DNA from: Scyliorhinus canicula
Taxonomy: Eukaryota
Direction of reading: 5' to 3'
NCBI RefSeq assembly: GCF_902713615.1
Contig: NC_052162.1
Coordinates: forward strand, 81,817,240 to 81,881,239
DNA: 64,000 nucleotides
Shown: positions 12,339 to 24,557 of the stretch, piece by piece
Numbering within the stretch: position 1 is the first letter of the stretch
Layout of the letters: the number at the start of each line of letters is the position of its first letter
Program-made: the position numbers and the translations under genes
Notes under the pieces: generated by a model
What the model saw: only the letters and a program-made list of their open reading frames with translations
Database searches by the model: none
What the model was told of the DNA's origin: nothing

Positions 12339-12889
12339 TTTGTAAAGTCATGTGGACAGAAAACAGACACGTGTGAAGGGATTTTAGGAGTCAATCTTAA
12401 TTTACTAAAAACTCTGGACCACCAGCGCATTCTGCTTACTCTAACTGTTGGCTGTCCTGATCCATTTGCATAGAGAAGCTGTATCTGTACTCACAAAGTC
12501 CCTTACACTTTTGTATGCAAGTTTCCCTTTGCAGTTTCGTCTTTGTGTACCAGTCTTCGACTTCTCTCTCCGGATCCATTAAACCCTTGGCATAATGCCA
12601 TAGATTGCGAAAAGGTGACAGGGATTTGGAATGAGAAGTGAGATCTTCAAATATTAGCTAAAATGCTCTGATCCAGCTGCTGCATTAACCTCATTATCTC
12701 AATAATCAGCATTGCAAATTCTGTATTCACTGAGTGTAAATTCTTCGAATATTTTGACCATAAATGGAGCATACATTCTCCTTTGAAGTGATACAGCAGA
12801 TATCATTTGTAATAATTATTCACACTTGAGCTAAATAGAAGTCATGCCACATCTCCTAATTTAAGTGTGGATGTAATTTTTGTGCCAAT

Positions 12890-13843
12890 TATGAGGCTAA
12901 TAAGATTGTTTTGGTTTGGGACTGTCTTTAATTTAACGTAAAATGAATGGCGTCATGTGACCTGTTCTGCCATCTGCCTGACAACAAGACAGGGTGGCTT
13001 GATTGTTAGAGATTAAAGGCGTCCAGATTGTTTTACTAGGTGTTTGTGCTTGGAGGCAATGGCAGCAGCTTGTATGCTAATGATACATCGACTGAGGGCC
13101 TCCAAAGTCTTAGGGGAGTGTTGAGAATGTTAGGTTATAAACAAGTGTGCTTTAAACTATCCATCTATTTCTCAAAATTAAAGAAAGTTGGCCTCTCAAT
13201 GATTGTGGATCAGTATTTGTACCTGAATACGAGGCTTATGTGATTCATGGTGCCGGGCTTTGGGAGGGGTTTCTAAGATATTCCTGAAAATTCAGACACA
13301 GCTAGCCTGCCCGGGTCCAGGGAAGAGCAGCTGGAAAAACAAATTCTCGATGGTTCACTGTGCTGGGACGTGGGTGGTAACTATGCTAGAATTGAAAAGA
13401 CCAGAATCGTCAGTAGTTAGAATAAAGTAGAAAATGTCACCTAGCTTGCGCTAGTGGAATGGTCTCCAGTAATACTCTCACTCTGAAGGACATTTCTTGG
13501 AAAATGGGAGCATTTCCAGGCAGAAAAGGGAAACAAACAGAAATAAGCCCTTGGGAGCTAAGCAATCATTTTGGATGATATAAGTGTGAAATGCCCTCAA
13601 ACATGTGTGAATGAAGTGTATTTTTTTTCAGTTGTGCTAAAAGTAAAAATGAAAATTTTCTGTTCTGTGGATTGATATATAAATTGTTTAGCGAAATTGT
13701 GTTTAGTTAGTAATGCTTTTAGTCTGGTGCTGCAGTAAAAGTCTTAAAACGTGAAATCTCGCCATGTCATCCTTTCAGCTATGAACTGCGAGTTCACATT
13801 TCTTCTTTTTTAAAGCTTTTTATTCTCCAAGGGGATCAGAACA
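12890..13843 (+). mobile_element. Possible solo LTR
   Basis: LTR-like composition, AGTAAA signal at about 13735, ends GGGGATCAGAACA. 5' boundary uncertain. Confidence 0.35.
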
Positions 13844-14043
13844 AAATTGGGGATTCTTGGATAATCTCAAATCCAGAGATTGAGATGAATACACTGGGTT
13901 TGACCAGAGTTTAAACTCACAAGATTTTACAGTGACTTATGCTGAAGTTATTGGAAAGTTAAAGTAGCTATGTCTGTTTCCTCGAATGAAAACACTTGCC
14001 TGTGAGTACCTTGCAACAGTTAACAAAAGTTACCGTTACAAAA

Positions 14044-14386
14044 GCAGCACGGTAGCACTGTGGTTAGCACAGTTGCTTCACAGTTCCAGGGTACCAGGTT
14101 CAATTCCCGGCTGGGTCACTGTCTGTGTGGAGTCTGCACGTTCTCCCCCTGTCTGCGTGGGTTTCCTCCAGTTGCTCCGGTTTCCTCCCACAGTCCAAAG
14201 ATGTGCAGGTTAGGTGGATTGGCCATGCTAAATTGCCCTCAGTGTCCAAAAAGGTTAGGTGGGGTGACTGGATTACGGGGATAGGGTGGAAGTGTGGGCT
14301 GAAGTAGGGTGCTGTTTCCAAGAGCCGGTGCAGACTCGATGGGTTGAATGGCCTCCTTCTGCCCTGTAAATGCTATGATTCTATGA
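14044..14386 (+). mobile_element. HE1-type V-SINE
   Basis: Full head, V-domain and CTATGATTCTATGA tail. Confidence 0.95.
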
Positions 14387-14889
14387 AAGAGAAATGAAAA
14401 AGCATAGCTCTACGTTTTTTGCGTATTGGGCATGCGCACTCCGGTCACAGCTGGACAATTAACGGTCAGCCAGTGTGAAACACACAGCGAAGATCTGGGA
14501 GGGAAGAGATCTGGCACTGGAAAAGCAAGGCTGCGGGCTGGCGTTTTCCAGTGTGCTACCTGATTATTAGTTTTATTTGAGCCTTGACCTTTCATCCGAC
14601 CCTGGATTAAGGCAGCAATTTAAATGTAAAGGCCGCCTTGCCAATCAGCCCTCCCGCCAACCGTGAAATCGGTCAATTGGTGTTTGATTAATATGAATTA
14701 CCTTCTTGACTGTGGGAGGATTACTTGCCCCGGCAACCAAAATATCAAGTGAGTGTGCAATGACGTGGGGACGTGCACCTGACATCTTCTCGAACAACAT
14801 CATGCACCTCCAGGTCAGGCACGTGCCCGAACGTTATACGCAAAATCCTGCCCATAAACCTGGAAGAGATGGCGAAAAGCACAGGACTT

Positions 14890-15260
14890 GAGCTCGAAAG
14901 GGAAGAGTAAATGAAAGGGAAAAGTGAAACGTTGAATTAGAAATAGAGAAAGGGAAAATCTTGAACAGAAAAGAGGGGGACGGGAGCCAGGAAACCTGGA
15001 TTTAACCGAGAAACATGAGCAGAAGGTCGCCGGCAGGTTTGACAATGGATTAAATTTCCCTCTGGTTTTTGATTTGGCAAGATGTATGCAGCTGCTCCCC
15101 CAATTCAGAGAGAAAGTTGAAATATATTTTGTTCCATTTAAGAAAATTGCTATAATGTCACAATGGCCAAAAGAAATGTAGATGATATTATTACAGCCTT
15201 TTGGCAGGAGAATCATTGGGGGTATATTCAGCCCTTTCAGAGCAACAGTCTGCACATTAT
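14890..15260 (+). mobile_element. Gypsy (Gmr1-like) gag remnant
   Basis: DLARCMQLLPQFREKVEIYFVPFKKIAIMSQWPKEM*MILLQ from 15071 matches the remembered F.E..V..YF..FEK.A....WP...W..LLQ gag pattern. Confidence 0.55.
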
Positions 15261-15274
15261 AGTCTGGTTAGGAC

Positions 15275-16085
15275 TATAATGAAAATGACAATTTATACCA
15301 TATGAGAAGAGAAAGCTGATTGGTTGGTAAGTGAACTCTGGTTTGTAGAGACGTTGTCAGGGAGAATGAACCAGGTGACTGACAGCTAAAAAAAGAACAA
15401 AGAAAATAACAGCACAGGAACAGGCCTTTCGGCCCTCCCAGCCTGTGCCGATCTAGATCCTTCATCAAAACCTGTCACCTATTTTCCAAGGATCTACTTC
15501 CCTGTGTTCCCCGCCCGTTCATATATCTGTCCAGATGCATCTTAGATGATGCTTACGTGCCAGCTTCTACCACCTCCGCTGGCAAAACGTTCCAGGCACC
15601 TACCACCCTCTGCGTAAAAAACTTTCCACGCACATCTCCCTTAAACTTTCCCCCTCTCACCTTGAAATTGTGACCCCTTGTAATTGACACCCCCACTCTT
15701 GGAAAAAACTTGTTGCTATACACCCTGCCCATACCTCTCATAATTTTGTAGACCTCAATCAGGACCCCCCTCCAACGAAAACAATCCTAATCTACTCCAA
15801 GCATTGTTTGTAATTTTAAACCAGGCAATTTGACCCTGGTCAAGGCATTGCTCTGAAGAATGAGTCAGCAAATGGCTGTCACTTACTTTGTTTTGCTGAA
15901 CAGGTGCAATGTGTATCCATGTTATTTTTGTCTGTAAAGATTAGGGCCCTGTGCATTCACATATGTTGCACTCTCTTCTCATGCAGTATAAACTGTTGTT
16001 TTCCCCTTATATCGACATTCTTGCGAAGTGTACCGGTGAATGCAAGATGAAAAGTTTTGACATGTCTCTTTTTCAGTCAATTTCT
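15275..16085 (-). mobile_element. Penelope-like element 3' remnant with inverted pLTR copy (hammerhead family 2)
   Basis: Collinear with 42985-43740. GAGAAGAGA...GATTGGTTGG on the left is inverted at 15970-16080, which carries a degenerate hammerhead at 16027-16062. Confidence 0.65.
15388..15800 (-). mobile_element. CR1 LINE 3' end
   Basis: ORF 15553..15741 TRGHNFKVRGGKFKGDVRGKFFTQRVVGAWNVLP is a CR1 ORF2 C-terminus. GGGCCGAAAGGCC stem-loop and repeat tail. Confidence 0.95.
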
Positions 16086-17084
16086 TTGGTGAAGCCAGGC
16101 CCTTGCTACCAAGCCATAGTGATTGGGGCAGAGGGAGATCATTGAGCACCAACAGCACTGTTACTGTCAGCTCAGTCATTATCACCAGGTAGCCTCCCCC
16201 ACATACATGGAGTACCCACAAAGGGGGGTTCCCCCCCCCCCCCCACCTCCCCCCACTGGAACCTGATTGGCGGTCACCAGATAGCGCTCTCAGGGGTGTT
16301 GGAGACTGCTGACATGGCCAAAATGCCCAAGGAGGCAGGAAATTGCTCTTAATTGTTTCAATTGGCATCTGTTGGGCAGCCGACCTGACAGCTTTCCCGC
16401 TGTGGCGGAAACACACTGATCTGCCCCCCTCCCCCCACCACACCCCATACTCGATGCCTCACCCTGCCATTTTACTGGCCTTCCTGCCTCCCAGCACAGC
16501 GGCAATGGGCTGGAAAAATCAAGAACCCTCTTTTTGTGGGTAAAGGCACAAGGTGTCGGGTAAACATTGGCAATATTTGCTTCAGAAATAACTAGCAACC
16601 TGGACAGGTAGTAGTAGTGTTTCTTTCCAACTGCATTTCAAGCAAATCACACTCGGGCACTACCAACAAATACACAAGTGGGCAGGATTCTCCGTCAGCC
16701 AACAGCAAAAGCAAAAAGGACGATTGGGTGGAGAATCAATCTTGACGCCGAAATGGTGGTGGGCGCCGGGGTTCATGTCAAATCGCAATTCTCCAGTGCC
16801 TCAACAGTGACGAAAATGCATTCCACAGTGCGCGTACAGCGGGGCAGCACATGGCCCACCCAAAGGCAACATCTAATCTGCCAAATCGTGGCACCGCGGG
16901 GGAGGACACCCTCTCCCAGTGGCCTTCAATGTAATGGTTCCCCTGAATTTCTACGCCACAGGGTCCTTTCAAGCGCCAAGTAGGGATCGATCCCCGCTCT
17001 CACAGAGCACGGTGCACTGGTGTATAGAGGCCCTATACACAATACACTCATTTTAATGTGGTGAGAGCCCACCCGGGTGCCTGG

Positions 17085-17600
17085 GCAGCGGAGTTCGCAG
17101 TCATCACCGAGATGCCACAGGTCCAGAGGGCGATCGACGGGGTGCATGTCACCTTATGAGCATCTGCTGATCACAGGCCAATCTTCACAAACTGAACGGG
17201 GTTCCACTCGTGCACGTTCAGCTGGTGTGTGACCATCAGCTGCGCATCATGCACGTCTGCCCCTGATATCCTGGAAGTGTGCAGGACACCTTCATCCTGG
17301 TACATTCGACGATTTTAGGCCTCTTCGCGGTACCCGCTCTCCCCAACCGCTGGGGGGTTGGCTCCTGGGCGACAGGGATTATCCACTGTGGTCGCAGCTG
17401 ATGACACCTATCCGAAGGCCTCACACCTCAGATCGATGCAGAGATCCCACCAATGCCGTGACCAGGGGTGTGATCGAGCAGTGTATCGACATCCTGAAGT
17501 TGAGGTGCCTGGACTGCTCTGGAGGGGCCTTCCTGTATAGCGCTACAGAGTCTCCCACATCGTGGTGGTCTGCTGCGTCATCCACAAAATTGCCCATTCA
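17085..17600 (+). pseudogene. Harbinger DDE transposase (HARBI1-like) fragment
   Basis: MPQVQRAIDGVHV, VQLVCDHQLRIMHVC..YPGSVQDTFIL, GWLLGDRDYPLWSQLMTP, TRGVIEQCIDILKLRCLD. Stops and frameshifts present. Confidence 0.9.
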
Positions 17601-17912
17601 GGCCAGGTCACCCGAGATGATGGCTGCCAAAGGGGAGCCAGGTCACAGGCTGGGAATCACTGTGGTCGCCTCCACTTCCCTGGCCTTACGGGCATCAGGA
17701 GTGGAGGGAACCTGCTGTGATTCCCGACTGGTGACCTGGGTTCCTTGTAGTGGTCTTCCGGGGCGATCGGACCTGAATGGGCCCAGCTGCAGCTCGTGTG
17801 TCCCAGGTGACCCTCTGCCCATGTGATGCTCCAGGGACAGGAGGGGGAGTGCCAGAGGTGCTGCGGCGTTCTGGCACCTCCCCTGCAGGAGTCACCAGCA
17901 AGGGCCCCATCA

Positions 17913-18260
17913 GGGTAGCACGGTAGCATTGTGGATAGCATAATTGCTTCACAGCTCCAGGGTCCCAGGTTCGATTCCGGCTTGGGTCACTGTCTGTGCG
18001 GTGTCAGCACATTCTCCCCGTGTGTGCGTGGGTTTCCTCCGGGTGCTCCGGTTTCCTCCCACAGTCCAAAGATGTGCAGGTTAGGTGGATTGACCATGAT
18101 AAATTGCCCTTAGTGTCCAAAATTGCCCTTAGTGTTAGGTGGGGTTACTGGGTTATGGGGATAGAGTGGAGGTGATGACCTTGGGTAGGGTGCTCTTTCC
18201 AAGAGCTGGTGCAGACTCGATGGGCCGAATGGCCTCCTTCTGCACTGTAAATTCTATGTA
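17913..18260 (+). mobile_element. HE1-type V-SINE nested in Harbinger 1
   Basis: Full head, V-domain and tail; internal duplication at 18101-18136. Confidence 0.95.
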
Positions 18261-20070
18261 AAACTCTCCCTCCCTCAGGGTGCCCGATGGCCCCCGGGCT
18301 ACTCTATGGGATGGGGGTATGAGCAGACCTAACTCTTGAGGCTCCTCTGCCACCTGCTGTTGCCAATCCTGGAGGCCCGCTCTCATCTCGACTAGGATCT
18401 GCATGCTCGCAGCCATGGAGCACAGGGAGTGAACAACCTTCCTCTGGGACTGCGCCACATCATGCTGTGATTGTGCCACCGTCTTCTGTGACTGGGCCTC
18501 CTCCCTCTGGATCTGTGCCACATCAGCCAGCAATGCCACTTACGCTCTCAGCCATGGCCCGCTGTGACTGCGCCACGCTCTGGAGCGCCGCTCCGATGTC
18601 CAGGTGACTGTGGTACATGGCTGCCAGTGATAGGGCAGCTTTGTCCTGGGCCTCGGCCAGCAGCTGCACAGGGTGCCCCAGGCATTGGACATCTTGACCA
18701 ATGGCTGAAACCTTAGTTCCCAAGACCTCCACAACGGACGCCAACCCTGCATTGTTGGCTCAGGGTGGCATGTATGGTCGGCACCACCTTCTGCTCCTGC
18801 ACATGGTTGGACTCCTCCAACTGCACCTGCAGGTGCTGAATGCTCACCGACAACCCCTCATGCAGTCCCTGGCTTTCCACAATCGATGGGACCGTCCGTT
18901 CTCGAAGCCTGAAGGCAGCTAGTCCCTGGGGTTGGCCCGCCCTCTGACCGTCCGCCGGCTCAGGGGTTCCTAACTCCACCTTTTGGACCATAATACGTGT
19001 ATGGTGCGCACCAGATAGTGCCCCAGGAGCCTCTTCCATAAAATGCGCAACCGAGGTGAGTGTATCTGGGATGGTAGAGGGTGTTGGAGACAGCTGTGAC
19101 GGGTAGTCGGTGTCTTCCCCGGACTTGAGCTCCGGGGTGTCACGGCTTGCTTGTCGAGGGCTCCCATCCATGTCCGTATCTCGCCATCGCCAGTAGACAC
19201 TTGGGGTACTGGTTGTGGATGGGGTCAGAGGCGGGGACACCAGAAGGGACCAGTCCATCACCAGCAGCTCCTGAAGAACACAAGACAAGCCGCATGATTG
19301 CATCGCGGGCCGGGGGTAGTGTGGTGGAAGCAGTATGTGGGGGGAAGGATGTGTGTAGGGAGGGGGTGCTGGAAAGCGCATAGTGGGGTGGTGGTAGGTG
19401 TAGGGGGGGTTGACGAGGGGATGATACACAGGCCTTGGGGGACCTCAGCTCAGTGGGGTCTCACTTTCTCGCCCGATGCCTTCCTCTGTCCGGACCGCTG
19501 GCCTTTCTTCATGCCCACCAACCAGTGCTCTCTGTTCCGCGGGGGTGAGGGGTGGCAGGTCCGGCAGTCCGTCCCCTCAGTCTTCTTCTCTCGGCGATTG
19601 TGTAGGGCCCTTCCCTGGAGGGGAGAAACACAACACGCAGTGTTAGACAGTCCTACGCATGCAGCATAGGGGTGGGTAGCTGGTGGCTTCAGTGGCAAGG
19701 GCACCCGGCCATGGCGGCCGATATGGGTGCTGGCATGTGGTGCAGGGTGGAGGTTCAGCCAACCTCTGGATGTGGGGGGGGGGGGGGAGTGGTTATGGGT
19801 GTATGGGACGGAGTTAGTGTTAGAGGCACAGGATTGCCTATTCACCCTGAGGAGATCGTGCAGTTTTCTTTGGCGCTGGTGGCCAGTGCTTGCGGTGTTG
19901 TCCACGGCGCTGACGACCTCTGCCAGCTCCATCCAGGCCAGGCAAACGGTGGCAGTGGACAGCCTCCTTCCCATCCCGAGGTACAGGGTGGCCTGCCTCT
20001 CCTCCACGGTGTCCAGCAGGGTCTCCAGTTCAGTAACAGTGAACCGGGATGCCACTTGTCTTGCTATCCT
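18261..20070 (-). pseudogene. Harbinger Myb/SANT-like protein with heptad-repeat C-terminus
   Basis: ASRFTVTELETLLDTVEERQATLY...AWMELAEVVSAV...QRQRKLHDLLR (Myb-like); C-terminal VAQIQREEAQSQKTVAQSQHDVAQSQRKVV. Confidence 0.85.
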
Positions 20071-20839
20071 TGTTGGCTGGGATGGTTTTTGAGGGGAGTG
20101 GAGTGCCCACATGCGGCTGTAGCTTGCCAGCCTCCCGAGTGCCGATCCCGAATCTGGCGAATCAGCCACCGTTTTTCATTGGAATCGGTCTTGTTCCATG
20201 TGACGGCGGTGCTAGCCCCTTAGCGCTCGGTGAATTGTTCCTGGTGCGGCGCCAATTTTGCTGTCGTAGAAGTCCACGAATCCTGCTGCGGCGTTAATAC
20301 TTAGTCTCGGGAACGAAGAAGCTGGCCCGGCCCTTGTTAGTCCTGCAAACTGATATCAGAGATGGTAATCATTCCACTGAGAGAAGTTTAAATTACAAAA
20401 ACACACAGCAAAATGTTGTTGATTTCAGCTTGCCCGGGACAACATCTCATTTGCAAGTGGACATAGTCTGAAGAATAAAAAGCTGTGCTTATCATAGACA
20501 GGGTGCCCTGGTGCGTTACACAAATGCTGTTCTCATTAACATCAGTTCAGAAGCATAAATAGCAGCAATCGTAGTCTTGGCAACAATCCCAGATGCTGCA
20601 GTGTTTGTAGCTGAGTTAGAATCGCTGGAATGGCGCACTGGCATGTCATAACACACAGAATCTTCTACTTTTAATGTGAGTATGTTTCTCCCACCCAGCA
20701 AGGATTGGTAGAAACTGTTTAACCGTACAAGAGTCAAGTCATGACTAAAAGGCTAAAGGAATTGTTAGACCATATCTTATTCGCCATCTCAGTTAACAGG
20801 TTGTCCCTGTTGGGGAATCTTGATGGTGCAGAAGATCGG

Positions 20840-21287
20840 GGGCGGGATTCTCCGCTGCCCTATGCCAATATCGTAATGAGCGATCGGGCGGAGAATCTAT
20901 TCCGACGCCCAAATCGGGGGCGGCGCAGGTTTGATGCCAGTTTTCGAGTCTCCACCCCCTCTGAAATGGCATCATCACCCGCTGCACGCCGTTGCAACGG
21001 CGTTGGTGCCTCATCAGCAGGCCCTCCCGCGATGCTCCACCCCAATCGGCCGCGATCCCTACCGCGGGGGTCCTGTGGAGTCACTAATGGCAGATCCACG
21101 CACGGCCGGTGCCATGTTGTGCGGCACTACGGCTGCAGTTCGTCGCCATGTGCATGCGCGGACAGGGACCTGGCCATTCTCACCGGTCCCGGAATCGGTG
21201 AAGGTTCAGCACCGATTCTGTCGTCGTAAAACGCCCCCAAATTCTCCATTTCAGCTGGCACAGCCGCTGATGCGGAGAATCCAGACC
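20840..21287. mobile_element. Harbinger-type MITE
   Basis: TIRs GGGCGGGATTCTCC / GGAGAATCCAGACC, TSD CGG/CAG. Same family as 28846-29477 in the opposite orientation. Confidence 0.85.
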
Positions 21288-21294
21288 CAGAGAC

Positions 21295-21410
21295 CTGAGG
21301 ATTCTCCGGCCGCCAGCCGGGCAATGGGGTTTCCCATTGTGAGAAGCCCCACGCCATCGGGAAATCCCCGGGCTGCCGGCACAACGGAGAATCCCAACAG
21401 TGGATAATCC
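21295..21410. mobile_element. Short Harbinger-type MITE
   Basis: Reverse-complement homolog of 27399-27568. Confidence 0.7.
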
Positions 21411-21539
21411 TAATATTAATGTGAAGGTAACTCAGAACAGTAGGGTTGGAGAATCAATAGTATGGGGAAAGTTGCAAGTCAAGTCAACACGTTACATTCT
21501 CCACTCTCAGACTTGAGGTTGAGGCAAGAGACTTTCCTG

Positions 21540-21870
21540 TCTGTGGGCTTCTGCCAGGACTGGGGGGGATAGCTGGGGGTGGCCAGGAGTTGGGCTTTGG
21601 GGTCGGGTGGATGAGCTGGAACACCATTGCCGCAGCCGGCAAGGCTACCCTGCAGCTGCGCACACCGCTGACAGCCCACTGTGAACGTAGGGCCGCGGGT
21701 CGTATGGGTATCCCCGCAAGGCACCCCCCTAAATGTCCTTTGGCCGCAGCCAATCCAGCAGTGGGATGGGTGCGCTCCAGCACAACTCATGCCATCTTGT
21801 TGGCTAGGATGAGTGTGTGAGGGGAGTGGAATGTGAATATGCTGCTGCAACTTGTCAGCCGCCCGACCTC
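21540..21870 (-). mobile_element. Harbinger internal fragment (Myb gene 5' region)
   Basis: GCCATCTTGTTGGCT...GGGAGTG...CAGCC matches 27162-27235. Confidence 0.65.
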
Positions 21871-21983
21871 TCCAAGTACTGCTCAGCTGGACAAAGATAC
21901 TGAACCCTGGGGCCATCTTGGACAATGAGAATGCTGGAGGTGCATCAATTACTTAGCCAGGGACCAATCACTCATACACATTA

Positions 21984-22265
21984 GGGGATGGTGGCAGAGC
22001 AGTAATATTGCTGACTTGTCGCCCAGAAGCCCAGGGTACAAGGGTTCAAATCCCATCATGGCAGCTGGTGCAATTTAAATGCAATAATAGAATCCGGAAT
22101 TGAAAGTTTCAGTGATGGCGACCATGAAACTATCATTAATTGTCGTCAAAGCCCCACCTGGTTCACTGATGCTCTTTAGAGAAAGAAATCTGCCATCCTT
22201 ACCTGATCTGGCCCACAGAAGTGTGGTTGACTGCTTTCTGAAATGGCTTAGCAAGTCATTCAATC
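21984..22265 (+). mobile_element. tRNA-derived SINE (family M)
   Basis: GGGTTCAAATCCC B-box. Body GGTTCACTGATGCTCTTTAGAGAAAGAAATCTGCCATCCTTACCTG is shared with the LINE 5' region at 11125-11360. Confidence 0.8.
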
Positions 22266-22304
22266 AAATAGCACTTTGAAGAGTTCAAAAAATGGCATGG
22301 AAAC

Positions 22305-22951
22305 TGTGGTGATATGCATCACTGTAGATACACAAGGGGTTAATGTAAGTACACGTAGACAAGCTAGACACTAGAGGGAGCACCAGAGACATGACACACA
22401 GACACTCAACCAATAGGTCAGTAAGATAGGACACGACCAATGGGCATTCACGATACACACAGAGGTGACACAACCACGGGAGGGCATTACACCAACTCAT
22501 ATATAAAGGACACAGTACACATGATCTTCCTCTTTCCAGTGGAGACACTCAGTGAGTAGAGACACAGGGTTGATTCAATATCACACCCACCACGTGGATT
22601 GTAGCAGACTGGTTTGTCAATCTGAGTAGCTATAAGAACATAGGACATGGAACATTACAGCGCAGTACGGGCCCTTCGGCCCTCGATGTTGCGCTGACCC
22701 GTGAAACCATCTGAAGCCTATCTGACCTACACTATTCCATTTTCATCCATATGTCTATCCAGTGACCACTTAAATGCCCTTAAATTTGGCGAGTCTACTA
22801 TAGATTTGGATTAACAGTCGTGGCGAACCCGAGTAGGAGGATTGTAAATAGTTCAATAATCATGTTGAAGTTATCTCCACGTCTGAACGTTACTTTGTCA
22901 GAGTGCACATCAAGGAAGCCGCTTATGCCATGCCAAGAGCAGAACAAGCCA
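22305..22951 (+). mobile_element. Solo LTR with nested CR1 3' fragment (22635-22797, minus)
   Basis: TG...CA termini, 5-bp TSD GAAAC (22300-22304 and 22952-22956), TATATAAA at about 22500. Nested fragment flanked by CTATA. Confidence 0.85.
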
Positions 22952-24382
22952 GAAACTGGAGGCAGATGTTTAAATTCCTCACAATAACCGAAGACTCCAT
23001 TGAATTCTGCCAAAGCCAAGCTTCAATTGCCAGAGTACAGAGGTCAGTAGACCCAGCAGGGGTAAGTTAAATTCCAGTGTCAAATAAAGCCTGAGAAACC
23101 TTTAACTAGTTCAGTGGTCAGAAATTGCCATCTAAAACTCAATTGGAAAAGTCAGATTCCGGAGCTGGCGTGAAGCACGTGGCTCATGCTCACTCTGAAA
23201 AGGGAATTGAAAGCTTATTTCAATCTTTCGGAAGAGTTGCAATTAAAGAATCAGCTTTCAAAACCAGCAAATTCAGAAAGCTCGACTTATATTTTAACAT
23301 TTTTAACCATCGATCAAAAATTCAACTTGCCAAACCAAATGGAAAATTGGGGGCGGGATTCTCCAACGCCATGAAAGGAGATCGGGAGGAGAATCACGCC
23401 AAAATCATGGCGGGTTCCAGATTAACTCCAAATCTCAAGTCTCCAGTACCTCGCCAGCGGCGTCAATGCATTCCACTCCGCATGTCAGTAAACGCCTTTT
23501 GCATATCATTAGCGGGGCTGACCTGGTATTCTCTGGGGCCTCTGCGACTCTCCATCTCCACTGGGGGTATTCCCGATGGCGAGGTTCACTTGTGCTTTTA
23601 AAACTCAAGAAACAGGCGTTGTGGCTGATGAGGGGGGGAGAGGAGGTAGCACATGTAAAGGCACAACCGTGGGCTGCAGATCTTGACATAGGCAGGCTGT
23701 CTGGTGGGGGGGAGGGAGGGGGGTGACAGGAAGGGCCTTGAGCTGGGGTGACGCCTCCCGCGGGACTGGGCGTCAAGGCACAGGCCATCTTGCTGCAACC
23801 CCACTGACCATTCACCTTGGCCCCTGGTTCTGCAGAGTGCCACCAGCCACAGGGTGTCCCCACACGCCAACCCCGCACCCGAGCCCACAACTACCTGCAA
23901 GCAAGCCCCCATCCCCACACCCACCATTCGCCATGAACCACCCCCACCCTCAACTGGCCGTCACCCGCCAGCGAGGCATCATGCGGCCTGCCCAAGAGCA
24001 ACGCCCACAGTAGCCTCTAAAGGGGGCACCAGATGGGGCCACAGAGGGTACAACTGACAGTACCCTTGATAGCAGGGGCGGGCGCCAGGACCAGAGGCCC
24101 GCACGGTACCGTGCACCGATAGGGCTAGGGATGCGGGGATGGAGGAGGGAACATGCGGGAGCAGAGTCTGCAGTGCCAACGGGGTCACCGTGTGGACCTA
24201 GTTGGGTACGAGGGTACGCACTATGCTAACATGTCAGCCTTTCACCCCCTGCAGACATGTTGGCCTCCCTACTAGTTGCCGCAGCTCTGGAAGGAGGGGG
24301 AAGCTGCAGCAGCGGAGCATTCCCGGAGGAACAGGAGGCAGCCGCGAAGGATGGAGAACCTGCCTCTCAACAGGCCAAAGAG

Positions 24383-24557
24383 GAAATGAAATGTGAAATG
24401 AAAATCGCTTATTGTCACAAGTAGGCTTTAAATGAAGTTAATGTGAAAAGCCCCTAGTCGCCACATTCCGGCGCCTGTTTGGGGAGGCTGGTATGGAATT
24501 GAACCCACGCTGCTGGCTGCCATGGTCTGCTTTAAAAGCCAACTATTTAGCCACAGG
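24383..24557 (-). mobile_element. SINE family B
   Basis: Reverse complement of 8846-9032. Confidence 0.9.

Larger units (their letters stand above)
16680..20328. mobile_element. Harbinger/PIF transposon 1 (defective)
   Basis: TIR-like ends GGGCAGGATTCTCC / GAAGAAGCTGGCCC. Convergent transposase (+) and Myb-like (-) remnants. Confidence 0.85.

Noticed and set aside
12495-12579. Possible minus-strand exon MDPEREVEDWYTKTKLQRETCIQKCKGL followed by GTGAGT
   Set aside because: Short, with a weak exonic donor context, no partner exon and no recognisable homology.
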